Assembly: GCF_009914755.1 (NCBI RefSeq)
Contig: NC_060948.1
DNA: 64,000 bases
Source: the human T2T-CHM13v2.0 reference genome, Homo sapiens
Direction: 5' to 3' (one strand)
Below are positions 52,853 through 64,000 of the stretch, piece by piece (position 1 is the stretch's first letter; every line of letters begins with the position of its first letter). A model generated the notes under the pieces. The model did no database searches, was not told the DNA's origin, and saw nothing but the letters and a program-made list of their open reading frames with translations. The translations under genes were made by a program, and so were the position numbers.

Positions 52853-55800
52853 AAGAGAATCAAATGGAATTGAATCGAATGGAATCGAATGGATTGGCAA
52901 GGAATAGAATGGAATGGAATGGAATTGACTCAAATGGAATGGACTAGAATGGAATGGATTCGAATGGAAGGCAAAGGAATGGAATCTATTGGAATGGACT
53001 GTAATGGAATGGAATGGAAGGGATTGGAATGGACTCGAATGGAATGGACTGCAGTAGAAAGGATTCGAATGGAATGAAAAAGAATTGAATGGAATAGAAC
53101 AGAATGGAATCAAATCGAATGAAATGGAATGCAATAGAAAGGAATGGAATGAAATGGAATGGAAAGGATTCGAATGGAATGCAATCGAATGGAATGCAAT
53201 CGAATGGAATGGAATCGAACGGAATGGAATAAAATGGAAGAAAACTGGCAAGAAATGGAATCGAAATGAATGGAGTGTTATGGAACGGACTCAAAAGGAA
53301 TTGAATGTAATAGAATGGAGTGGAGTGGACTCGAATATAATGGACTGGAATGGAATGAAATCACATGGAATGGGAACGAATGGAATGGAATGGAAAGGAA
53401 TGGAATCGAATGCAAAGGAATCGAATGGAAGGGAATGAAATTGAATCAACAGGAATGGAAGGGAGTAGAATAGACGGTAATGGAATGGACTCGAAGAGAA
53501 TGGACACGAATGCTCAAATTGAATGGACTCGAATGGAATGGCAACGAAAGGAATGTCATCGAATGGAATTGAATCGATTGGAATGAAATCACATAGAATG
53601 GAGTGGAATCAAATGGAATTGAATCGAAAGGAAAGGAAGCGAATGGACTGAAATGAAATGGAATGGAATTGAATGGAAATTAATTCAATGGCATAGAATG
53701 GAACGAAATTTCACGGAATGGAATCAAACTGAATGGAATCAAATCAATGGAATATAATCAAATGGAATGGAAAGGAATTGAATGGAGTAGATTGAATTGG
53801 ATGGGATTGGAATGAAATGTACTGGAAAGGACTCGAATTTCATGAAACGGAATGGAATGAATTAGAACGGAATGGACTCGAATGGAATGGAATGTCATGG
53901 AATGGCATCAAATGGAATGGAATCGAATGCGATGGAATGCTATGGAATGGAATGGAATGCATTGGAATGGAATGTCCTCTAATGGAATGTATTCGAGTGG
54001 AATGGAATCGAATATAATGGAGTCTAATGAAATGGAATTGAAAGGAATGGGACCGAATACAATGGAATATACTGGAATGTAATGTAATGAACTCGAATGT
54101 AATTGACTGGAATGGAATGTACATGAATGGAATGTAATCGAATGGAAAGCAATCAAATGGAATAGAATCTAATGCAATAAAATCGACTCAAATAGAGTAG
54201 AATGTAATGGAATGGAGTGCAGTGCAATGGAATGGAATGGAATGGAATGCAATGGAATGGAATGGAATGGAATGGGATGGAATGGTATGGAATGGATAGT
54301 AATGGACTGGAGTGAAATGGACTGGAAAAGAATGGACTCAAATTGAAAGGGCTCGAAAGGAATGGAGTCAAATGGAATGGTCTGGAATGGAATGAACATG
54401 AATGTAATGCAATCCAATAGAATGGAATCGAATGGCATGGAATATAAAGAAATGGAATCGAAGAGAATGGAAACAAATGGAATGGAATTGAATGGAATGG
54501 AATTGAATGGAATGGGAACGAATGGAGTGAAATTGTATGCAGTAGAAGAGAATAGAATGGAATGCAAGCGAAAGGAAAGGAATGGATTGGAATGGAATGG
54601 AATTCATTGGAATGGAAGGGAATGTAGTGTAATGGACAGGCCTGGAATAAAGTGGAATGCTACGGTCTCGAATGGAATAAAAATGTATGGAATGGAATGC
54701 AATGAAACGGAATCGAATGTCATAGAATGTAATGGAATGCAAAAAAATGGACTCCAAAATCATTGACTGGAAAGGCTGGGTGTCGAAAGGAATTGACTCC
54801 AATGGAATGGAATCGAATGGAATGGAAGTGAATAGAATCGAACTAAATCGAATGGAATGGAATTGATAGGAACGGAATGGAAAGGAATGCAATGATTTGG
54901 CATGGAATGGAATCGAATGGCATCGAATGGAATGGAATAGAATGCAATGGAATGGAATGTATTAGAATGTAATGAACTTTAATGGAATGTACTCGAATGG
55001 ATTCGACTGGAATGGAATGTTCTCGAAGTGAATGGACTCCAATGGAATGGATTCGAAAGGAATGGAATCTAATGGAATGGAATTAAATGGAAATGAATCA
55101 AATTGAATAGAACGGAATTGAATTGAATGGAATCGAATGCAATGGAATCTAATGAAACGGAAAGGAAAGGAATGGAATGGATTGGAATGGAATGGGCTGG
55201 AATGGAATGGAATCGAAACGAATGGAATGGAATCGAACTGAAGAGACTGGAATGGAATGCACTGGAATGGAAGGGAATGTAATGGAAGGTTCTCGAAAAA
55301 AATGGAATCGAAAGGAATGGAATTGAATGGAACGGAATAGAGTCGAATGGAATTGAATGGAATGGAATGGACTAGAGTGAAATGGAATCGAACCACAAGG
55401 AATGGACAGGAATAGAATGGTCTCGAATTGAATGGAATCGTATGGAATGGCATCAAACGGAATGGAATGGACAGCCACGGAATGGAATGGACACCCACGG
55501 AATGGAATGCACTCGAATGCAATGGAGTCGACACTAATGGACTGGAATAGAATGGACTCGACTGGTACGGACTCCAATGGAATGGAATCGAATGGAAGGG
55601 AATCGAAAGGAATGGACTCGAAGGGAAAAGACTGCAATGGAAAGGTCTCGAATGGAATGGAAATTAATGGAATGGAATGGAATCGAATGAAATGGAGTCA
55701 AAAGGAATGGAATCGAATGGCAAGAAATCGAATGTAATGGAATCGCAAGGAATTGATGTGAACGGAACGGAATGGAATGGAATCCAAAAGAATGGAATAG

Positions 55801-56401
55801 AATGGAATGGAATCGAATGGAAAGGACTCGAATGGAAATCACTCGAATAGAATGCAATTTAATAAAATAGGATCAAATGTAATGGAATGGAATGGAAAGG
55901 AATCGAAACGAAAGGAATGGAGACAGATGGAATGGAATGGAACAGAGAGCAATGGTATAGAATGGAATGGAATCATCTGGAATGGAATTGAATGGAATGG
56001 AATAATATGAAATGGAATGGAATGGAATGGAATGCCCTTGAATTAAATGGACTGGAATGCAATGGACTCGAACAGAGTGGAATGGAAAGTGTTGAAATAG
56101 AATGGAATGGACTCGTTTGGAATGGTCTAGTATGCAATGCAATCGACTGGCAGGGAATCAAAAGGAATGTAATCGAATGGATTGGACTGGAATGCAATGG
56201 ACTCGAATAGATTGGAAGCGGAAAGCAAAGAAATGGAATGGAATAGTATGGAATGGAATGCAAAGGAATGGAGTGGAATAGACTAGAGTGGAATGGAATG
56301 GACTCGAAAGCAATGGACTGGAATGGAACTTTCTTGAATGGACTGGAATCAAACGGAATGGAATGCAATGCAATCAAATGGCATGGAATAAAATAGAATG
56401 A
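52853..56401 (+). repeat. DYZ1 unit U16 (3549 bp)
   Basis: Marker ORF 52889 to 56438. Confidence 0.93.
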
Positions 56402-59400
56402 AAGAGAATCAAATGGAATTGAATCGAATGGAATCGAATGGATTGGAAAGGAATAGAATGGAATGGAATGGAATTGACTCAAATGGAATGGACTAGAATG
56501 GAATGGATTCGAATGGAAGGCAAAGGAATGGAATCTATTGGAATGGACTGTAATGGAATGGAATGGAAGGGATTGGAATGGACTCGAATGGAATGCGCTG
56601 CAATAGAAAGGATTCGAATGGAATGAAAAAGAATTGAATGGAATAGAACAGAATGGAATCAAATCGAATGAAATGGAATGGAATAGAAAGGAATGCAATG
56701 AAATGGAATGGAAAGGATTCCAATGGAATGCAATCGAATGGAATGAAATCGAATGGAATAGAATCGAACGGAATGGAATAAAATGGAAGAAAACTGGCAA
56801 GAAATGGAGTCGAAATGAATGGAGTGTTATGGAACGGACTCAAAAGGAATTGAATGTAATAGAATGGAGTGGAGTGGACTCGAATATAATGGACTGGAGT
56901 GGAATGAAATCACATGGAATGGGAACGAATGGAATGGAATGGAAAGGAATGGAATCGAATGGAAAGGAATCGAATGGAAGGGAATGAAATTGAATCAACA
57001 GGAATGGAAGGGAGTAGAATCGACGGTAATGGAATGGACTCGAATAGAATGGACACGAATGCTCAAATTGAATGGACTCGAATGGAATGGAAACGAAAGG
57101 AATGTCATCGAATGGAATTGAATCGATTGGAATGAAATCACATAGAATGGAGTGGAATCAAATGGAATTGAATCGAAAGGAAAGGAAGCGAATGGACTGA
57201 AATGAAATGGAATGGAATTGAATGGAAATTAATGCAATGGAATAGAATGGAACGAAATTTCACGGAATGGAATCAAACTGAATGGAATCAAATCAATGGA
57301 ATATAATCAAATGGAATGGAAAGGAATTGAATGGAGTAGATTGGATTGGATGGGATTGGAATGAAATGTACTGGAAAGGACTCGAATTTCATGAAACGGA
57401 ATGGAATGAATTAGAACGGAATGGACTCGAATGGAATGGAATGTCATGGAATGGCATCAAATGGAATGGAATCGAATGCGATGGAATGCTATGGAATGGA
57501 ATGGAATGCATTGGAATGGAATGTCCTCTAATGGAATGGATTCGAGTGGAATGGAATCGAATATAATGGAGTCTAATGAAATAGAATTGAAAGGAATGGG
57601 ACCGAATACAATGGAATATACTGGAATGTAATGTAATGAACTCGAATGTAATTGACTGGAATGGAATGTACATGAATGGAATGTAATCGAATGGAAAGCA
57701 ATCCAATGGAATAGAATCTAATGCAATAAAATCGAGTCAAATAGAGTAGAATGTAATGGAATGGAGTGCAGTGCAATGGAATGGAATGGAATGGAATGCA
57801 ATGGAATGGAATGGAATGGGATGGAATGGTATGGAATGGATAGTAATGGACTGGAGTGAAATGGACTGGAAAAGAATGGACTCAAATTGAAAGGGCTCGA
57901 AAGGAATGGAGTCAAATGGAATGGTCTGGAATGGAATGAACACGAATGTAATGCAATCCAATAGAATGGAATCGAATGGCATGGAATATAAAGAAATGGA
58001 ATCGAAGAGAATGGAAACAAATGGAATGGAATTGAATGGAATGGAATTGAATGGAATGAGAACGAATGGAGTGAAATTGTATGCAGTAGAAGAGAATAGA
58101 ATGGAATGCAAGCGAAAGGAAAGGAATGGATTGGAATGGAATGGAATTCATTGGAATGGAAGGGAATGTAGTGTAATGGACAGGCCTGGAATAAAGTGGA
58201 ATGCTACGGTCTCGAATGGAATAAAAATGTATGGAATGGAATGCAATGAAACGGAATCGAATGTCATAGAATGTAATGGAATGCAAAAAAATGGAATCCA
58301 AAATCATTGACTGGAAAGGCTGGGTGTCGAAAGGAATTGACTCCAATGGAATGGAATCGAATGGAATGGAAGTGAATAGAATCGAACTAAATCGAATGGA
58401 ATGGAATTGATAGGAACGGAATGGAAAGGAATGCAATGATTTGGCATGGAATGGAATCGAATGGCATCGAATGGAATGGAATGGAATGCAATGGAATGGA
58501 ATGTATTAGAATGTAATGAACTTTAATGGAATGTACTCGAATGGATTCGACTGGAATGGAATGTTCTCGAAGTGAACGGACTCCAATGGAATGGATTCGA
58601 AAGGAATGGAAACTAATGGAATGGAATTAAACGGAAATGAATCAAATAGAATAGAACGGAATTGAATTGAATGGAATCGAATGCAATGGAATCTAATGAA
58701 ACGGAAAGGAATGGAATGGAATGGGCTGGAATGGAATGGAATCGAAACGAATGGAATGGAATCGAACTGAAGAGACTGGAATGGAATGCACTGGAATGGA
58801 AGGGAATGTAATGGAAGGTTCTCGAAAAAAATGGAATCGAAAGGAATGGAATTGAATGGAACGGAATAGAGTCGAATGGAATTCAATGGAATGGAATGGA
58901 CTAGAGTGAAATGGAATCGAACCACAAGGAATGGACAGGAATAGAATGGTCTCGAATTGAATGGAATCGTATGGAATGGCATCAAACGGAATGGAATGGA
59001 CAGCCACGGAATGGAATGGACACCCACGGAATGGAATGCACTCGAATGCAATGGAGTCGACACTAATGGACTGGAATAGAATGGACTCGACTGGTACGGA
59101 CTCCAATGGAATGGAATCGAATGGAAGGGAATCGAAAGGAATGGACTCGAAGGGAAAAAACTGCAATGGAAAGGTCTCCAATGGAATGGAAATTAATGGA
59201 ATGGAATGGAATCGAATGAAATGGAGTCAAAAGGAATGGAATCGAATGGCAAGAAATCGAATGTAATGGAATCGCAAGGAATTGATGTGAACGGAACGGA
59301 ATGGAATGGAATCCAAAGGAATGGAATAGAATGGAATGGAATCGAATGGAAAGGACTCGAATGGAAATCACTCGAATAGAATGCAATTTAATAAAATAGG

Positions 59401-59930
59401 ATCAAATGTAATGGAATGGAATGGAAAGGAATCGAAACGAAAGGAATGGAGACAGATGGAATGGAATGGAACAGAGAGCAATGGTATAGAATGGAATGGA
59501 ATCATCTGGAATGGAATTGAATGGAATGGAATAATATGAAATGGAATGGAATGGAATGGAATGCCCTTGAATTAAATGGACTGGAATGCAATGGACTCGA
59601 ACAGAGTGGAATGGAAAGTGTTGAAATAGAATGGAATGGACTCGTTTGGAATGGTCTAGTATGCAATGCAATCGACTGGCAGGGAATCAAAAGGAATGTA
59701 ATCGAATGGATTGGACTGGAATGCAATGGACTCGAATAGATTGGAAACGGAAAGCAAAGGAATGGAATGGAATAGTATGGAATGGAATGCAAAGGAATGG
59801 AGTGGAATAGACTAGAGTGGAATGGAATGGACTCGAAAGCAATGGACTGGAATGGAACTTTCTTGAATGGACTGGAATCAAACGGAATGGAATGCAATGC
59901 AATCAAATGGCATGGAATAAAATAGAATGA
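56402..59930 (+). repeat. DYZ1 unit U17 (3529 bp), near copy of U15
   Basis: Marker ORF 56438 to 59967; offset 7078 from U15. Confidence 0.93.
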
Positions 59931-62900
59931 AAGAGAATCAAATGGAATTGAATCGAATGGAATCGAATGGATTGGAAAGGAATAGAATGGAATGGAATGG
60001 AATTGACTCAAATGGAATGGACTAGAATGGAATGGATTCGAATGGAAGGCAAAGGAATGGAATCTATTGGAATGGACTGTAATGGAATGGAATGGAAGGG
60101 ATTGGAATGGACTCGAATGGAATGGACTGCAGTAGAAAGGATTCGAATGGAATGAAAAAGAATTGAATGGAATAGAACAGAATGGAATCAAATCGAATGA
60201 AATGGAATGCAATAGAAAGGAATGGAATGAAATGGAATGGAAAGGATTCGAATGGAATGCAATCGAATGGAATGCAATCGAATGGAATGGAATCGAACGG
60301 AATGGAATAAAATGGAAGAAAACTGGCAAGAAATGGAATCGAAATGAATGGAGTGTTATGGAACGGACTCAAAAGGAATTGAATGTAATAGAATGGAGTG
60401 GAGTGGACTCGAATATAATGGACTGGAATGGAATGAAATCACATGGAATGGGAACGAATGGAATGGAATGGAAAGGAATGGAATCGAATGCAAAGGAATC
60501 GAATGGAAGGGAATGAAATTGAATCAACAGGAATGGAAGGGAGTAGAATAGACGGTAATGGAATGGACTCGAAGAGAATGGACACGAATGCTCAAATTGA
60601 ATGGACTCGAATGGAATGGCAACGAAAGGAATGTCATCGAATGGAATTGAATCGATTGGAATGAAATCACATAGAATGGAGTGGAATCAAATGGAATTGA
60701 ATCGAAAGGAAAGGAAGCGAATGGACTGAAATGAAATGGAATGGAATTGAATGGAAATTAATTCAATGGCATAGAATGGAACGAAATTTCACGGAATGGA
60801 ATCAAACTGAATGGAATCAAATCAATGGAATATAATCAAATGGAATGGAAAGGAATTGAATGGAGTAGATTGAATTGGATGGGATTGGAATGAAATGTAC
60901 TGGAAAGGACTCGAATTTCATGAAACGGAATGGAATGAATTAGAACGGAATGGACTCGAATGGAATGGAATGTCATGGAATGGCATCAAATGGAATGGAA
61001 TCGAATGCGATGGAATGCTATGGAATGGAATGGAATGCATTGGAATGGAATGTCCTCTAATGGAATGTATTCGAGTGGAATGGAATCGAATATAATGGAG
61101 TCTAATGAAATGGAATTGAAAGGAATGGGACCGAATACAATGGAATATACTGGAATGTAATGTAATGAACTCGAATGTAATTGACTGGAATGGAATGTAC
61201 ATGAATGGAATGTAATCGAATGGAAAGCAATCAAATGGAATAGAATCTAATGCAATAAAATCGACTCAAATAGAGTAGAATGTAATGGAATGGAGTGCAG
61301 TGCAATGGAATGGAATGGAATGGAATGCAATGGAATGGAATGGAATGGAATGGGATGGAATGGTATGGAATGGATAGTAATGGACTGGAGTGAAATGGAC
61401 TGGAAAAGAATGGACTCAAATTGAAAGGGCTCGAAAGGAATGGAGTCAAATGGAATGGTCTGGAATGGAATGAACATGAATGTAATGCAATCCAATAGAA
61501 TGGAATCGAATGGCATGGAATATAAAGAAATGGAATCGAAGAGAATGGAAACAAATGGAATGGAATTGAATGGAATGGAATTGAATGGAATGGGAACGAA
61601 TGGAGTGAAATTGTATGCAGTAGAAGAGAATAGAATGGAATGCAAGCGAAAGGAAAGGAATGGATTGGAATGGAATGGAATTCATTGGAATGGAAGGGAA
61701 TGTAGTGTAATGGACAGGCCTGGAATAAAGTGGAATGCTACGGTCTCGAATGGAATAAAAATGTATGGAATGGAATGCAATGAAACGGAATCGAATGTCA
61801 TAGAATGTAATGGAATGCAAAAAAATGGACTCCAAAATCATTGACTGGAAAGGCTGGGTGTCGAAAGGAATTGACTCCAATGGAATGGAATCGAATGGAA
61901 TGGAAGTGAATAGAATCGAACTAAATCGAATGGAATGGAATTGATAGGAACGGAATGGAAAGGAATGCAATGATTTGGCATGGAATGGAATCGAATGGCA
62001 TCGAATGGAATGGAATGGAATGCAATGGAATGGAATGTATTAGAATGTAATGAACTTTAATGGAATGTACTCGAATGGATTCGACTGGAATGGAATGTTC
62101 TCGAAGTGAATGGACTCCAATGGAATGGATTCGAAAGGAATGGAATCTAATGGAATGGAATTAAATGGAAATGAATCAAATTGAATAGAACGGAATTGAA
62201 TTGAATGGAATCGAATGCAATGGAATCTAATGAAACGGAAAGGAAAGGAATGGAATGGATTGGAATGGAATGGGCTGGAATGGAATGGAATCGAAACGAA
62301 TGGAATGGAATCGAACTGAAGAGACTGGAATGGAATGCACTGGAATGGAAGGGAATGTAATGGAAGGTTCTCGAAAAAAATGGAATCGAAAGGAAAGGAA
62401 CTGAATGGAACGGAATAGAGTCGAATGGAATTCAATGGAATGGAATGGACTAGAGTGAAATGGAATCGAACCACAAGGAATGGACAGGAATAGAATGGTC
62501 TCGAATTGAATGGAATCGTATGGAATGGCATCACACGGAATGGAATGGACAGCCACGGAATGGAATGGACACCCACGGAATGGAATGCACTCGAATGCAA
62601 TGGAGTCGACACTAATGGACTGGAATAGAATGGACTCGACTGGTACGGACTCCAATGGAATGGAATCGAATGGAAGGGAATCGAACGGAATGGACTCGAA
62701 GGGAAAAGGCTGCAATGGAAAGGTCTCCAATGGAATGGAAATTAATGGAATGGAATGGAATCGAATGAAATGGAGTCAAAAGGAATGGAATCGAATGGCA
62801 AGAAATCGAATGTAATGGAATCGCAAGGAATTGATGTGAACGGAACGGAATGGAATGGAATCCAAAGGAATGGAATAGAATGGAATGGAATCGAATGGAA

Positions 62901-63484
62901 AGGACTCGAATGGAAATCACTCGAATAGAATGCAATTTAATAAAATAGGATCAAATGTAATGGAATGGAATGGAAAGGAATCGAAACGAAAGGAATGGAG
63001 ACAGATGGAATGGAATGGAACAGAGAGCAATGGTATAGAATGGAATGGAATCATCTGGAATGGAAGTGAATGGAATGGAATAATATGAAACGGAATGGAA
63101 TTTAATGGAATGGAATGCCCTTGTATTAAATGGACTGGAATGGAATGGACTCGAACAGAGTGGAATGGAAAGTGTTGAAATAGAATGGAATGGACTCGTT
63201 TGGAATGGTCTAGTATGCAATGCAATCGACTGGCAGGGAATCAAAAGGAATGTAATCGAATGGATTGGACTGGAATGCAATGGACTCGAATAGATTGGAA
63301 ACGGAAAGCAAAGGAATGGAATGGAATAGTATGGAATGGAATGGAAAGGAATGGAGAGGAATAGACTAGAGTGGAATGGAATGGACTCGAAAGCAATGGA
63401 CTGGAATGGAACTTTCTTGAATGGACTGGAATCAAACGGAATGGAATGCAATGCAATCAAATGGCATGGAATAAAATAGAATGA
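59931..63484 (+). repeat. DYZ1 unit U18 (3554 bp), U16 copy with divergent 3' part
   Basis: Marker ORF 59967 to 63521; matches U16 at +7078 until ~62395. Confidence 0.92.
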
Positions 63485-64000
63485 AAGAGAATCAAATGGA
63501 ATTGAATCGAATGGAATCGAATGGATTGGAAAGGAATAGAATGGAATGGAATGGAATTGACTCAAATGGAATGGACTAGAATGGAATGGATTCGAATGGA
63601 AGGCAAAGGAATGGAATCTATTGGAATGGACTGTAATGGAATGGAATGGAAGGGATTGGAATGGACTCGAATGGAATGGACTGCAATAGAAAGGATTCGA
63701 ATGGAATGAAAAAGAATTGAATGGAATAGAACAGAATGGAATCAAATCGAATGAAATGGAATGGAATAGAAAGGAATGGAATGAAATGGAATGGAAAGGA
63801 TTTGAATGGAATGCAATCGAATGGAATGAAATCGAATGGAATGGAATCGAACGGAATGGAATAAAATGGAAGAAAACTGGCAAGAAATGGAGTCGAAATG
63901 AATGGAGTGTTATGGAACGGACTCAAAAGGAATTGAATGTAATAGAATGGAGTGGAGTGGACTCGAATATAATGGACTGGAATGGAATGAAATCACATGG
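63485..64000 (+). repeat. DYZ1 unit U19 (partial, cut by window end)
   Basis: Landmark AAGAGAATCA at 63485; marker ORF at 63521. Confidence 0.92.

Larger units (their letters stand above)
1..64000 (+). repeat. DYZ1: Human satellite 3 array, DYZ1 (Yq12 heterochromatin); GGAAT strand on +
   Basis: Seen: continuous degenerate GGAAT pentamers (variants CGAAT, GGACT, GCAAT, TGAAT) with landmarks recurring every ~3.5 kb, e.g. GGACAGGCCTGGAATAAAGTGG, AAGGCTGGGTGTCG, GAACCACAAGG, GGAGACAGATGG. Established: DYZ1 is a ~3.5 kb pentamer-based unit released by HaeIII or EcoRI. Confidence 0.96.

Noticed and set aside
62951-63883. Longest ORF (310 aa, minus strand) and its 229-275 aa counterparts in other units
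   Set aside because: Low-complexity satellite translation. The extra length comes from a 5-bp insertion joining two frames, and the counterparts are truncated in U2/U3 and U11/U12.
37-63926. Several hundred ORFs of 60-310 aa on both strands (MEWNG- and FHSIP-rich)
   Set aside because: A pure 5-bp repeat has no stop codon, so (GGAAT)n reads MEWNG and (ATTCC)n reads IPFHS in every frame. The ORFs overlap in all frames, open and close with single variants, and show no domain or splice context.
1-64000. CRISPR-like repeat/spacer pattern
   Set aside because: No constant 23-50 bp repeat with unique spacers and no cas genes; the apparent spacers recur every 3.5 kb.
1-64000. DYZ2 (HSat1B/Alu-containing) blocks, Alu or L1 insertions, or an array inversion
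   Set aside because: No AT-rich DYZ2 sequence, Alu, poly(A) tail beyond A7 or strand switch was seen, and unit spacing leaves no room for an insertion.
1-64000. Alternative identity as HSat2 or an autosomal HSat3 (e.g. 9q12 or the 1.8 kb chr15 unit)
   Set aside because: No HSat2-type GAATCATC/CGATGATG motif dominance; the period is ~3.5 kb with the DYZ1 HaeIII/StuI landmark.
1-64000. A previously undescribed gene-based biological system
   Set aside because: The window contains no non-satellite sequence; everything is explained by a known satellite and its duplication and recombination history.

Overview
The whole 64 kb window is one uninterrupted, single-orientation satellite array of diverged (GGAAT)n pentamers (human satellite 3 type). 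It is organised into about 18.15 head-to-tail copies of a ~3.5 kb unit (3489-3569 bp). Unit size, one conserved HaeIII/StuI site per unit with an adjacent conserved EcoRI site, and matches to the classic Y-sexing PCR primer sites (recalled from memory) identify it as DYZ1 (HSat3, Yq12 heterochromatin of the human Y). I see no protein-coding genes, RNA genes, transposons, DYZ2 blocks or CRISPR arrays; the ORFs are translations of the pentamer. I cannot support a new biological system here. The notable structure is: (1) three perfect, in-register heat-shock elements per unit; (2) a layered duplication history (7010 bp and 7078 bp tandem duplications, a ~10.55 kb three-unit period, and long-range patch copies); (3) recombinant units with visible junctions; and (4) a subfamily switch at about 46.5-48.4 kb. 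All comparisons were made by eye and from ORF-track offsets, not by alignment.
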